This document shows, piece after piece, positions 1 to 9,519 of a stretch of 64,000 nucleotides of DNA. Each line of letters starts with the position of its first letter. Position 1 is the stretch's first letter. Made by a program: the position numbers and the translations under genes. Origin of the DNA: a virus; the IMG/VR virus record IMGVR_UViG_3300034105_003151, positions 32,001 through 96,000 of that record; one strand, given 5' to 3'. The notes beneath the pieces were generated by a model. It did no database searches. It saw only the letters and a program-made list of their open reading frames with translations, and was not told where the DNA came from.

Positions 1-31
1 GAAAACGTATACAAATATCTTGATCAACAAA

Positions 32-715
32 ATGATTAACGATAACGATACTGAACTAAGTAATATCCATACGTTCAATATTGATGATGCCTCAAGAGAA
101 ATATATCTTCATCCATACATTGATTCATTAGAAGAACCTAGTGAAGCAACAATAGATTTTAGATGTGCAGTTAACTTGGAAAAAAATATTAGATATCTGG
201 ATAGTAAGTCTATTGAGCCTATTTTAGTACATATGCATTTGCCGGGCGGTAATTGGGAAGATGCATTAGGGATGTATGACTGTATTAAATTATGCAAGAG
301 TAGGGTGATTATTCTTGCTTATGGTAAAGTAGAATCTTCTAGTAGCATTATCTTACAGTCGGCTGGTTTAAGAATACTGATGCCTAATACATATGTGTTA
401 ATTCACTATGGGTCTTTTGGGTTAACAGAGAGTGACCACCCCGGCACTGCTATAAGCCACGCCCACTGGAATGAAAAAGAATTAGATAAAACACTAAATA
501 TCTTTACAGATAAGTGTATGGAAAGCCAATTAGCCAAAGAGAAAAAATGGAAAAGATTAATAACTAAGAAACATATTGCTGGTCAATTAAGAAGTAAAAG
601 TGATTGGATACTATCAGCAGAAGAGGCGGTGTATTATGGTTTTGCAGATGGGGTTTTGGGTACTAAAAAATTCCCCAATATAGACTATCTAAAAACCTTT
701 ATTAAGAAGCAATAA
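32..715 (+). CDS. clpP: ClpP-family (S14) serine protease
   Basis: HLPGG, GKVESSSS (nucleophile Ser), LIHYG (His) and DWILSAEEAVYYGFAD (Asp) match the ClpP layout; ATG at 32 (track start is TTG at 20). Confidence 0.85.
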   Translation: MINDNDTELSNIHTFNIDDASREIYLHPYIDSLEEPSEATIDFRCAVNLEKNIRYLDSKSIEPILVHMHLPGGNWEDALGMYDCIKLCKSRVIILAYGKVESSSSIILQSAGLRILMPNTYVLIHYGSFGLTESDHPGTAISHAHWNEKELDKTLNIFTDKCMESQLAKEKKWKRLITKKHIAGQLRSKSDWILSAEEAVYYGFADGVLGTKKFPNIDYLKTFIKKQ

Positions 716-1374
716 TGAATATAGAATATGCCAACTATGATATCGCATCAAACGAACAAGAATTCAAAGAAAACATAAACGCGGCCATAAAATATAAACT
801 ATCTGTAATTTCTGTATTACCCTCGTTTATAAAACTAGCTAAATCTAGTCTGGCCACTGAAACAGACTCTCTAATAAAATTAGCCGCAATTATAGATTAT
901 CCTTTAGGTGTTATGGATAATATAGAGAGAAAAAACTGTTTAATCCGTGCTATGGATAATGGTGCCCAAATTATCGAAATGGTAGTACCATCCTATTTAT
1001 TGTGTAATCGCAGATATGAGAAATTAAAACAGGACATCGTATCCTCTGCTGAGTTATGCGAGGCGGCAAAAGTTGAAGTCAGATATGTATTTGATTATAG
1101 TGTTTTTAATCAAGAAACAGTCTTAAAAGCCTCACACCTACTACATAATAATAAAATTAATACCATTTTAATGTCTACGGCTTTTAGACTAGATGATATA
1201 GCTGATCATATAATAGCCGCTTCCGTAGTAAAGAAAAAAATAAAAGATCTAAATATTATTATCAACGGTAATATTTGGAATAGTAGGCACATAGAACTCA
1301 TTAAAAAAATAGAAAATCTAGAAAGTGTTAGATGTTATTCTATTAATTCTCTAGATAAATTGGCTAATATGTAG
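715..1374 (+). CDS. DeoC/deoxyribose-phosphate aldolase-fold protein, probably catalytically inactive
   Basis: IDYPLG and GAQIIEMV resemble DeoC xFPLG and GAxEIDMV; the Schiff-base motif VKTSTG reads ILMSTA; TAATG coupling to clpP. Confidence 0.7.
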   Translation: MNIEYANYDIASNEQEFKENINAAIKYKLSVISVLPSFIKLAKSSLATETDSLIKLAAIIDYPLGVMDNIERKNCLIRAMDNGAQIIEMVVPSYLLCNRRYEKLKQDIVSSAELCEAAKVEVRYVFDYSVFNQETVLKASHLLHNNKINTILMSTAFRLDDIADHIIAASVVKKKIKDLNIIINGNIWNSRHIELIKKIENLESVRCYSINSLDKLANM

Positions 1375-1404
1375 TTAAATTATTTTTACGCTTTATGGAT
1401 TTTT

Positions 1405-1414
1405 AGGGGTATTA
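1405..1414 (+). promoter_or_regulatory. candidate phage promoter motif (AGGGGTATTA)
   Basis: variant of an RGKGTATT motif that recurs in intergenic gaps at 9885(+), 51544(-) and 57632(-). Confidence 0.35.
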
Positions 1415-1450
1415 TTATTTACAGATTACATCTTTTACATGGAGCAAAAT

Positions 1451-2026
1451 ATGGCCGAATTAAAACCAACTACAGGTGCTGCTTATACCGTTCCTTCTAA
1501 TGTTAAGGGTAGCGGAGCCGTAAATAATCGCGGAGTTGCTACAAGAACTGGCTCTGCCGCTTCTGGTAAACTATCTAACGTTGCTGTTAGCAGATATAGT
1601 GCTGGCGGATTCGGATCAGTAGTAATTGACAACTCATGGGTTGATAAAGCATTGAGTGCTGGTACTTTTCTTTCTAATACTCAAAGACCAATTGGAATAA
1701 GAGTAACTAGTACTTTAGCTGGTGTTGCTAATACAATTCTAAGATCAGGTGCTGATACTCCAGCATTTTTCAGAAGTATTCACAAGAGAGAAGTATGGAG
1801 AACTCATCTCTATACAACTGCTATTAGAGCAGGCGCTTGGAATATTACTACTGGTAGATGGACTAGCGGTATGGCTGGAATTAGTGGTGCTGGTTATGTA
1901 AGCGGAATTACTGATTCCGTTAATAGTGACGTTGCTGCTAATCCTAGTAGAACTGTCCCTGGTAGATTAGTGTTTAGAGGCGGTGCCGATCCAGTATCTA
2001 GAAACTATGCTAAAAAAACAGGCTGA
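1451..2026 (+). CDS. G/S/T/A-rich hypothetical protein, probable virion structural protein
   Basis: GGAG RBS before ATG 1451; small-residue-rich composition; flanked by a promoter motif and a terminator. Confidence 0.55.
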   Translation: MAELKPTTGAAYTVPSNVKGSGAVNNRGVATRTGSAASGKLSNVAVSRYSAGGFGSVVIDNSWVDKALSAGTFLSNTQRPIGIRVTSTLAGVANTILRSGADTPAFFRSIHKREVWRTHLYTTAIRAGAWNITTGRWTSGMAGISGAGYVSGITDSVNSDVAANPSRTVPGRLVFRGGADPVSRNYAKKTG

Positions 2027-2056
2027 TAGTCGAATATAATCAAATTTAAATCAAGG

Positions 2057-2092
2057 AAATAGGCCAATGATATTATATCGTTGGCTTATTTT
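2057..2092 (+). terminator. rho-independent terminator
   Basis: AAATAGGCCAATGATA-TTA-TATCGTTGGCTTATTTT hairpin immediately after the 1451-2026 gene. Confidence 0.7.
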
Positions 2093-2109
2093 ACTAATGG
2101 AGACAAGCA

Positions 2110-2415
2110 ATGGATCATATTTGGCAGTATATTGCCACAACTAGTATGGGTATTATAATAAGTGGTATTAGTTTTTGGTTAGTAATAGCTAAAAATATAG
2201 TAACCAAAGAAGAAGTTAAGCATATGATTGAACATCAATCTCCATATATAAGTGACAAACAGTTTATCATGGAGAAATTAGCAACACATAAAGAAATGCA
2301 GAGTCAATTTGCTAATGCTTTGCAACGTAACACAGAAGTTATGGTGGAACTAAAAACACAAATAGCTGTTTTAGGAGAAACATTAAAAGCCTTAGAAAAA
2401 AGAGTAGAAAATTAA
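2110..2415 (+). CDS. single-TM coiled-coil protein (holin-like)
   Basis: N-terminal hydrophobic helix followed by a heptad-like C-terminal region. Confidence 0.45.
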   Translation: MDHIWQYIATTSMGIIISGISFWLVIAKNIVTKEEVKHMIEHQSPYISDKQFIMEKLATHKEMQSQFANALQRNTEVMVELKTQIAVLGETLKALEKRVEN

Positions 2416-2432
2416 TATAAAGGGTAAAAACT

Positions 2433-2693
2433 ATGCCAAGACCATTCACAGATATCCAAGCTTGTATTAGTGGTAATGTTGTAAAAAACGGATCTATAGT
2501 AACTAATGCTAGACCCGGTGGAATTTTTTCAAAAGAATTAATAGGAGCAGAATCATTTGGAGGATTAACATTAGGTTTTCATAATAATATTTCTAGCTTA
2601 CCAACAATCGCAACATTGTCTAACAAGTATGGTAATAGATTCTATAATGGCGTTTTTGTTAGAATTGCATCAGCTTCTGGCGTAATAGGATAA
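2433..2693 (+). CDS. hypothetical protein
   Basis: 86-aa ORF with AGGG RBS, in operon. Confidence 0.55.
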   Translation: MPRPFTDIQACISGNVVKNGSIVTNARPGGIFSKELIGAESFGGLTLGFHNNISSLPTIATLSNKYGNRFYNGVFVRIASASGVIG

Positions 2694-2697
2694 ATAT

Positions 2698-3069
2698 ATG
2701 GCACTAATTAAACCGGGGTATAAAACTAGTGAATTCTGGTTTACTATGGTTTCTTTTCTTTTTAGCGGACTATATCTACTCGGTGTAATAGGAGATATAC
2801 AACATAAAGATGAATTGATTTCAAATGTAAGTCATGCCGTAGAGTCTTGCATATTGATCGGCGGTCAAACACTCGTTCTTTACAATTACATCAAAGGACG
2901 AAACCATATCAAAGAAACATGGTGGAGTTCAGCATCAGAAGAAGATAAGAAAGAACTAAAAGAATTCTATTATCGTAAAAAGAAAAAGAAAAAACCAACC
3001 AATGCAACTAAAAAAACTAGTACAAGAAAAAATATTGCTCCTAATAAACCAAGCGAAAGTGACGGCTAA
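2698..3069 (+). CDS. holin-like two-TM membrane protein with basic tail
   Basis: KPGYKTSEFW N-terminus of the type seen in small phage holin-like proteins; two hydrophobic segments; RKKKKKK tail. Confidence 0.55.
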   Translation: MALIKPGYKTSEFWFTMVSFLFSGLYLLGVIGDIQHKDELISNVSHAVESCILIGGQTLVLYNYIKGRNHIKETWWSSASEEDKKELKEFYYRKKKKKKPTNATKKTSTRKNIAPNKPSESDG

Positions 3070-3394
3070 TACTAGTCACATAAGTCTACGAGATGCTTGG
3101 AAAATACTAGATAATAACATTAGTGATGTTGTAGTCATTTTACAATACTTTGCTTATGACTTATCTAAGCCAGAAAAAAAAGCAAAAGCTATGGAGATAA
3201 TGAGTAATTTCTATGATAGTGTTTTTACTGTTGTAGATTTTCCTTTTGTTCCAAAACTTTTACAACCTGTAATGCAAAAATATGTAAAAATAATACTTAT
3301 GGCACTAGTTGATGCTGCAATTGACTCTTCTGTTAGAGATATGCACAGAAAACTAAACCCAGAGTTAATGATTGTGCAAAGTGGCGTTAATTAA
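3002..3394 (+). CDS. hypothetical protein
   Basis: 130-aa helical ORF overlapping the previous gene. Confidence 0.55.
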   Translation: MQLKKLVQEKILLLINQAKVTANTSHISLRDAWKILDNNISDVVVILQYFAYDLSKPEKKAKAMEIMSNFYDSVFTVVDFPFVPKLLQPVMQKYVKIILMALVDAAIDSSVRDMHRKLNPELMIVQSGVN

Positions 3395-3406
3395 AAAGGA
3401 AATAAA

Positions 3407-3817
3407 ATGAAAGATACATTATTTACTGTTAACTATGATGAATTTAGCAAAGGAATGAATTCTACTAATCTATTACTATATGCGGGCATTGGGCTTGCTG
3501 TTTTTGTACTATTTAATAAAGACCCACTAAATTATGCAAAAAGTGTGGTGGATTTTATCAAATCGAAGTTATCTGGGGTAACACGCTCTGTTACGCCTTT
3601 AGTTATTACAGATACAGCAACCGATCCAAAGCTTCCAGTATCTCTTCCTGCATATGAACCATCTAAGGATGAGTTATTTTTTACTCTTATTGAAAGCTGG
3701 AAAAAAACACGCGACTTAGCAGTAAAAACAAACTGTACGGAAGCTGTTAAGGTTGCCGATCAAATGTTTCCTTTTTTAAGTCCAAATGGTTGTAAGAAAA
3801 TCGAGGAAAAAGCATGA
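3407..3817 (+). CDS. membrane-anchored hypothetical protein
   Basis: AAGGA RBS; TM segment LLLYAGIGLAVFVLF. Confidence 0.65.
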   Translation: MKDTLFTVNYDEFSKGMNSTNLLLYAGIGLAVFVLFNKDPLNYAKSVVDFIKSKLSGVTRSVTPLVITDTATDPKLPVSLPAYEPSKDELFFTLIESWKKTRDLAVKTNCTEAVKVADQMFPFLSPNGCKKIEEKA

Positions 3818-4302
3818 ATAAAACAACTCTATTAATCGTCGCCGCTGTATTAATTTTTCTTGGAATATTTAAACCAGACCTCTCTAATCTGCTAAATAGA
3901 CCAGATCAGTCTGTAGTGGTGGAAGTTGTAGAATTAGCTGTTCCCGGTGATGACCTTAAAGTTGTCACGGAAAAACTGGTAAAAGTTATCAGTAGTAATG
4001 AAATTGACAAACAGACCAGCAATAGACTAAGAGATCTATATATTGATCTTGCCAAATTAACAGAACTTGACGAGGCAAATCAAATTATCACTAGTACAGA
4101 AGAAGTTCGTCAAGCTAATAGTATTTCTGGAATGATGCTAGGATTAGATATTAAGGGTAAATATAAAGATCTAGCAGAAGCCTCTAGACAAGTAATAGTA
4201 GAAGCTATTGGAGATGATCACATTCCTCTAAACAAAGATTTAAGACCAAAAGCTGTTAAAGCATTTTTAGCTTTAGCTTGGGCATACAACAACGTAAAGT
4301 GA
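3814..4302 (+). CDS. signal-anchored helical hypothetical protein
   Basis: N-terminal MNKTTLLIVAAVLIFLGIF; ATGA overlap. Confidence 0.65.
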   Translation: MNKTTLLIVAAVLIFLGIFKPDLSNLLNRPDQSVVVEVVELAVPGDDLKVVTEKLVKVISSNEIDKQTSNRLRDLYIDLAKLTELDEANQIITSTEEVRQANSISGMMLGLDIKGKYKDLAEASRQVIVEAIGDDHIPLNKDLRPKAVKAFLALAWAYNNVK

Positions 4303-4310
4303 GGTAGATA

Positions 4311-5237
4311 ATGCCAAAATATACTCCAGAACAATGGTATAACGAATACAAAAAGGGTTATTCTAGTTGTATTTTTGAGCCTCATCATTTTGAACACTTA
4401 ATGCAAACACTGAAGTATCCCTTATTTGGTGATGCTAGTGGTAGAATTAAAGGTAGTGGAAAAGGTAAATTATCTACTCCATATAAAAGTGTATTAAAGT
4501 TTGATAAAAAGGCTTACGAAGAAAGACAAACTACTGGAGACTGTGTAAGTCATGGTACTCGTAATGCTTGTGATATTGTAAGAGCCACAGAAATAGATAT
4601 TGGTGGAGAAAGAGAAGCATGGATCGCCCGTGGTGCTACAGAAGCAATATATGGTGCGCGTGGTTTTAGTGGAGAAGGAATGAGTTGTAGTCGTGCTGCC
4701 GAATTCGTAAGTAAGATCGGTGGTATTATTCTTCGTAAAAACTATCCAGGCATTGCCGATTTTAGTAAATACAATGGTAGTCTAGGAGCAGGTTGGGGAG
4801 GTCGTGGCCTTCCCGACAAGGTATTAGACCTTGCTAATGACCACCAGATTAAAACAGTAAGTTTAATAAAGACTATAGAAGAAGCTAGAGATGCACTAGC
4901 TAATAATTATTCTATAGCTGTATGTTCTAATTATGGCTTTAGTGATAAAAGAGATAAGAAAGGATATGCTCGCAGACAAGGCAATTGGGGTCATTGTATG
5001 GCTTGGACAGCGGCAGACGATACTGGTAATGATTGTGGATTTTTAGTCCAAAATAGTTGGGGCAAATGGAATGATGGTGGGCATCCAGATTGGGGTCCAA
5101 TTCCTGATGGGGCATTCTTAATTCATAGTGATGATGCGGCAGGAATGTTGGCACAAAATGGTGCATACGCATTTTCTAATTTCGATGGCTTTCCTGTACA
5201 AAAACTATTAAGTTATGGCTTTGAGGATTACCTATGA
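4311..5237 (+). CDS. papain-family (C1A-like) cysteine peptidase
   Basis: QTTGDCVSHG (oxyanion Gln, catalytic Cys), GHCM (His), QNSWG (Asn); GAGGT RBS. Confidence 0.85.
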   Translation: MPKYTPEQWYNEYKKGYSSCIFEPHHFEHLMQTLKYPLFGDASGRIKGSGKGKLSTPYKSVLKFDKKAYEERQTTGDCVSHGTRNACDIVRATEIDIGGEREAWIARGATEAIYGARGFSGEGMSCSRAAEFVSKIGGIILRKNYPGIADFSKYNGSLGAGWGGRGLPDKVLDLANDHQIKTVSLIKTIEEARDALANNYSIAVCSNYGFSDKRDKKGYARRQGNWGHCMAWTAADDTGNDCGFLVQNSWGKWNDGGHPDWGPIPDGAFLIHSDDAAGMLAQNGAYAFSNFDGFPVQKLLSYGFEDYL

Positions 5238-5410
5238 GACTAATAGATAAGATTGCTCTAAATAGTGCTATCAGAACATTAACTAAATTTCTACTTGATC
5301 TAATCAAATTATTTCAAGCTAAGAAAATTAACAGTCCATCTATTCCTTCTCCTATTGTAAAACCTAAAAAGAGAAAAAAGATACTTCCTTGGAGAAATAC
5401 AGATGAATAA
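5234..5410 (+). CDS. small basic amphipathic protein (58 aa, not in ORF track)
   Basis: MRLIDKIALNSAIRTLTKFLLDLIKLF...PWRNTDE; ATGA overlap with the peptidase stop; fills the gap. Confidence 0.55.
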   Translation: MRLIDKIALNSAIRTLTKFLLDLIKLFQAKKINSPSIPSPIVKPKKRKKILPWRNTDE

Positions 5411-5729
5411 AGTATTGATGGTTTTAGCTTTATCAACATTAATTGTAGGATCAAATAGTTTATACAATGGATCAACTACTGCTCCTGTGGTATTAGCTGG
5501 TGCTATTATAAAAACTAAACATGGAGATGTTGATGTTAAAAAATATAAACGCAAAGATTGTCCTGTCTGTAAGGGTAAGGGATGGTATATGAGTGGAGAC
5601 AATATTAGTAAGGTTGATTGTGGATATTGTGAGCCAGATAATGGAAAAACAGAAGAAGTATTAGCAGAAAAAATACCAGCTCAAACAAAACCTATTATTC
5701 CATCAAGAGGTAGTCATGGCGGAAAATAA
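5403..5729 (+). CDS. secreted small protein with CxxCxGxG zinc-finger-like motif
   Basis: signal-peptide-like N-terminus; CPVCKGKG ... CGYC. Confidence 0.65.
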   Translation: MNKVLMVLALSTLIVGSNSLYNGSTTAPVVLAGAIIKTKHGDVDVKKYKRKDCPVCKGKGWYMSGDNISKVDCGYCEPDNGKTEEVLAEKIPAQTKPIIPSRGSHGGK

Positions 5730-6108
5730 AGAACTAGAAAATATTGCCAAAAGAATTATTCAAAACGCTAATGTAACCGATCCCAAGTGTGGTAGTGTTA
5801 TTCTAGTCTTAACCGTTATTAGTGTTATCTTAAGTTTAGTAAGAGTTATTCAAGAGTGTAATAAAAAAGAAACATCCTCATTAAGTTCATCACAAGAAAA
5901 AACAACTGTTTATCAATCTGAAATTAAATCTTTGAGTGTTCGCCGTGGTTGGTTTACAAAAATGAGAATCAAAAAATTACTTAAAAAAGAATTATCATCC
6001 GAAGATTTTGAAAAATATGGATTAAGTTTAGTTGATTCTATTATTACTGCTGGAGAAAATATAACAGCAGAAGATACCCAAACTCTTATAGGTGCTGCAA
6101 ATGTTTAA
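5716..6108 (+). CDS. single-TM hypothetical protein
   Basis: TM segment SVILVLTVISVILSLV; GAGGT RBS. Confidence 0.6.
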   Translation: MAENKELENIAKRIIQNANVTDPKCGSVILVLTVISVILSLVRVIQECNKKETSSLSSSQEKTTVYQSEIKSLSVRRGWFTKMRIKKLLKKELSSEDFEKYGLSLVDSIITAGENITAEDTQTLIGAANV

Positions 6109-6343
6109 TATTCTAATATGGATAGTTTATGGATTATTTGTTGGAAGTATAGCAAAAAGCTTGGTTTCTGGCGATGAAAACTTCGGATTTTGGAAAACTA
6201 TAGCTTTGGGGGTTGCGGGAAGTTACGCAGGAGGTATTATATCGTACCTGCTCAACCTAGGACCGATGGAACCCACAGGGGTTATTCTAGGTGTTTTGGG
6301 AGCGGTCATATCCCTAATCCTATATAAAAAATTAGATACCTAA
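6101..6343 (+). CDS. GlsB/YeaQ/YmgE (transglycosylase-associated) membrane protein
   Basis: WIVYGLFVGSIAK...TIALGVAGSYAGG...GVLGAVISL three-TM pattern typical of the family. Confidence 0.8.
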   Translation: MFNILIWIVYGLFVGSIAKSLVSGDENFGFWKTIALGVAGSYAGGIISYLLNLGPMEPTGVILGVLGAVISLILYKKLDT

Positions 6344-6349
6344 AACACA

Positions 6350-6832
6350 ATGCGGAACAGACCAGATTGGACTTCTTACTTCCTTGGATTAGCCAAGGTT
6401 GTTTCTCAGCGTAGTCATGATGTTGATACACAGCATGGTTGTATAATAACAGATTCCTCTCATAATATTATAGGAACAGGATATAATGGTTTTGCTAGAG
6501 GAGGAAAGAGAGATGATACTCTACCTTTAACTAGACCAGAAAAATATTCATGGATGTTACACTCTGAAAGAAATGCTCTGGCTAATTGTGTAGTTAGACC
6601 AACTGGCGGCATCGCGTATGTAACAGGTCAATGCTGTAATGATTGCATTCAAGCCCTCTGGCAGCACGGCATAGACACTGTTTATATGATTGACGCTCAC
6701 GGATCGCATCTTTTAAATAACGCCGAACAGAAGGCAATATTCAGTAGATTTGTTGAGGATCATGATATCAAGATACATTATGTTAATCCAGATTTGTCTT
6801 GGTTGAAAACCCTAATCGATGGTGTATCCTGA
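6350..6832 (+). CDS. dCMP deaminase
   Basis: RPDWTSYFL, IIGTGYNG, HSERNA and CCNDC zinc deaminase motifs. Confidence 0.9.
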   Translation: MRNRPDWTSYFLGLAKVVSQRSHDVDTQHGCIITDSSHNIIGTGYNGFARGGKRDDTLPLTRPEKYSWMLHSERNALANCVVRPTGGIAYVTGQCCNDCIQALWQHGIDTVYMIDAHGSHLLNNAEQKAIFSRFVEDHDIKIHYVNPDLSWLKTLIDGVS

Positions 6833-6855
6833 CTTATTAAATAAAGGAGACAATC

Positions 6856-7830
6856 ATGATTTTCAACGAACAAATTTCTCGTAAGCCCGACTACTATCCT
6901 TGGACTCAAGAGTTCATGACTGCTATGCATAATGGTCATTGGACTCATACAGAGTTCACTTTTAGCAGCGATATACAAGATTTTAAGGTACATCTTTCTG
7001 ATATAGAAAAAGATATCATTATTCGCGCTCTATCTACTATCGGTCAATTAGAAATCAGTGTTAAAAAATTCTGGGCCAAACTCGGAGATAATCTCCCTCA
7101 TCCATCCATAAATGATATGGGATATGTTATGGCTAATATTGAAGTTATTCATGGCGATGCTTATGAAAGGCTATTGGAAGTTTTAGGTATTGATGGTAGT
7201 TTTGAAGAAATACTTGAACTAGATATTGTTAAAGGTAGAGTCAATTACTTACGCAAGCATCTTCATAAATTTCATTCTGATAATAAAAAGCAGTTTATTT
7301 ATTCTTTAATTCTGTTTACATTATTTGTAGAGAATATTGCTCTGTTTTCACAGTTTTATACTATCAGTTGGTTTATGAAGTATAAAAACTTACTAAAGGA
7401 CACTAATAAACAAGTAGAATATACCAGCAGAGAAGAAAACCTTCATGCACAAATTGGTATTAAGTTAATTAATGTTCTAAGATCAGAATATCCCGAACTA
7501 TTCGACGATGAACTCAAGAAAAAAATAGAATATGAAGCCAAAGAAGCAGTTAAATACGAGTGCGAGATTATCGAATGGATTGTGAATGGTTATAACCATG
7601 AATATCTTAATAGTACTCTTCTAGAACAATTTATCAAAAATAGAATGAATGAATCTCTAGTTCAAATTGGATATGATAAAGCTTTTGATATTAATGAACA
7701 AGAACTAGCTAAAACTATATGGTTTGATGAACAGGTATTGGGTAATGGCAAAACAGACTTTTTTCATAGCAAGCCTGTAGAATATTCTAGACACGGCCAG
7801 AGTTTTGATGAAACAGATTTATTCTCTTAA
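6856..7830 (+). CDS. nrdB: ribonucleotide reductase beta subunit (class Id-like)
   Basis: QLEISVKKFW, EVIHGDAY, VENIALFSQF, REENLH and DFFHSKPVEY. Confidence 0.93.
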   Translation: MIFNEQISRKPDYYPWTQEFMTAMHNGHWTHTEFTFSSDIQDFKVHLSDIEKDIIIRALSTIGQLEISVKKFWAKLGDNLPHPSINDMGYVMANIEVIHGDAYERLLEVLGIDGSFEEILELDIVKGRVNYLRKHLHKFHSDNKKQFIYSLILFTLFVENIALFSQFYTISWFMKYKNLLKDTNKQVEYTSREENLHAQIGIKLINVLRSEYPELFDDELKKKIEYEAKEAVKYECEIIEWIVNGYNHEYLNSTLLEQFIKNRMNESLVQIGYDKAFDINEQELAKTIWFDEQVLGNGKTDFFHSKPVEYSRHGQSFDETDLFS

Positions 7831-7858
7831 TATAATTTAAACTAGAAACTAAGCATCT

Positions 7859-9514
7859 ATGAATGACAAAAAATATTACTGGCTTAACACTAATAGCAGA
7901 ACCTTCTTAAAAAGAGACTATTTATTAGAAGGTGTTACTCCAGAACAAAGAATAAGAGAAATAGCAGAGAATGCTGAGAAGATACTCAAAATAAAAGGTT
8001 TTGCCGATAAGTTCGAAGACTATATGAGTAGAGGATTTTACTCATTAAGTACTCCTGTGTGGACTAACTTTGGAACAAAAAGAGGTTCTCCTGTTAGTTG
8101 TTTTAATTCTTATATTCCAGATACCATGCACGGCATTTTACAAAAAACTGCTGAAATTGGTATGATGAGTAAAATTGGTGGGGGAACTAGTGGATATTTT
8201 GGTGATGTTCGCCCTAGAGGCGCTATTATAAAATCTGACGGAGGTCAATCTAGTGGCCCCGTTCATTTTATGGAACTATTTGATAAGGCCGCAGAAGTAG
8301 TTTCTCAAGGTTCCACCAGAAGAGGTTCTTTTGCTGCATATTTACCAATAGATCATCCAGATATTGAAGAATTCTTACAGGTTCGTTCAGAAGGTCATCC
8401 TATCAAAAATATGAGTATCGGAGTAACAATCTCCGATGAATGGATGAAATCTGCCAAAGATGGAGATAAGGAAAAACGTAAAATTTGGGCGAAGGTGATA
8501 AAGAAAAGATTTGAATCGGGATACCCATATTTATTCTTTACAGATAACGCAAATAACCAAGCTCCACAAGTATATAAAGATAAAAATCTACTAATAAATG
8601 CTAGTAATCTTTGTACAGAAATCTTTTTACCCTCTAATGATTACTGGTCATTTGTATGCGTTCTATCTTCTTATAATCTTGCTATGTGGGATGAAATTGT
8701 TAAAACAGATGCTATAGAAGTCTTAATTTATTTCCTAGATGCAGTTGATGAAGAGTTTATAACTAAATGCGAGGGTGTTCCCTTCATGGAATCTGCATAT
8801 AATTTTGCAAAAGATAATAGGGCATTGGGTGCGGGCGTGTTAGGATGGCATACGTTACTCCAAACTAAAATGATTCCTTTTGACAGTATGCAGGCCAAAC
8901 TTTTAAATACCTCTATCTGGAAGACCATCAGAGAGCGAACAGACAAAGCTACTGTCGAACTGGCTCAAATTTTTGGTGAACCTCCGATACTTAAGGGTTA
9001 TGGTCGTAGAAACACAACAACATTAGCAGTCGCTCCTACTACTTCTAGTTCATTTATATTAGGTCAAGTAAGTCCTAGTATTGAACCATATAATAGTAAT
9101 TATTATGTCGAAAAATTAGCTAAAGGCAACTTTACGATTAAGAATCCTCAACTCAAAAAACTTCTTAAAGAAAAGAATAAAAATACAGAAGAAGTATGGA
9201 AAGATATTTTAGTTCGCGGAGGATCAGTTCAACATCTTAGTTTCTTAACGCAAGAAGAAAAAGATGTATTCAAAACTTTTGGTGAGATTAGTCAAAAAGA
9301 AATTGTTATTCAAGCCGCCCAAAGACAAAAATATATTGATCAGGGAATATCTCTCAATCTAACAATACCACCCACCTGTTCTGCAAAAGAAGTTAGTGAT
9401 CTGTTATTTTTTGGATGGGAAAATGGAATTAAGAGTTTTTATTATCAAAGATCGGCTAATCCTGCCCAAGAGTTAATGCGTAATATTTCAAATTGTACAT
9501 CATGTGAAGGATAA
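7859..9514 (+). CDS. nrdA: ribonucleotide reductase alpha subunit (short, no ATP cone)
   Basis: PVSCF, QGSTRRG, SNLCTEI, APTTSSS, YYQRS and C-terminal CTSCEG. Confidence 0.95.
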   Translation: MNDKKYYWLNTNSRTFLKRDYLLEGVTPEQRIREIAENAEKILKIKGFADKFEDYMSRGFYSLSTPVWTNFGTKRGSPVSCFNSYIPDTMHGILQKTAEIGMMSKIGGGTSGYFGDVRPRGAIIKSDGGQSSGPVHFMELFDKAAEVVSQGSTRRGSFAAYLPIDHPDIEEFLQVRSEGHPIKNMSIGVTISDEWMKSAKDGDKEKRKIWAKVIKKRFESGYPYLFFTDNANNQAPQVYKDKNLLINASNLCTEIFLPSNDYWSFVCVLSSYNLAMWDEIVKTDAIEVLIYFLDAVDEEFITKCEGVPFMESAYNFAKDNRALGAGVLGWHTLLQTKMIPFDSMQAKLLNTSIWKTIRERTDKATVELAQIFGEPPILKGYGRRNTTTLAVAPTTSSSFILGQVSPSIEPYNSNYYVEKLAKGNFTIKNPQLKKLLKEKNKNTEEVWKDILVRGGSVQHLSFLTQEEKDVFKTFGEISQKEIVIQAAQRQKYIDQGISLNLTIPPTCSAKEVSDLLFFGWENGIKSFYYQRSANPAQELMRNISNCTSCEG

Positions 9515-9519
9515 ATTAT

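Noticed and set aside
628-636. GGTGTATTA inside clpP
   Set aside because: Falls in codons of the conserved AVYYG segment; may be coincidental
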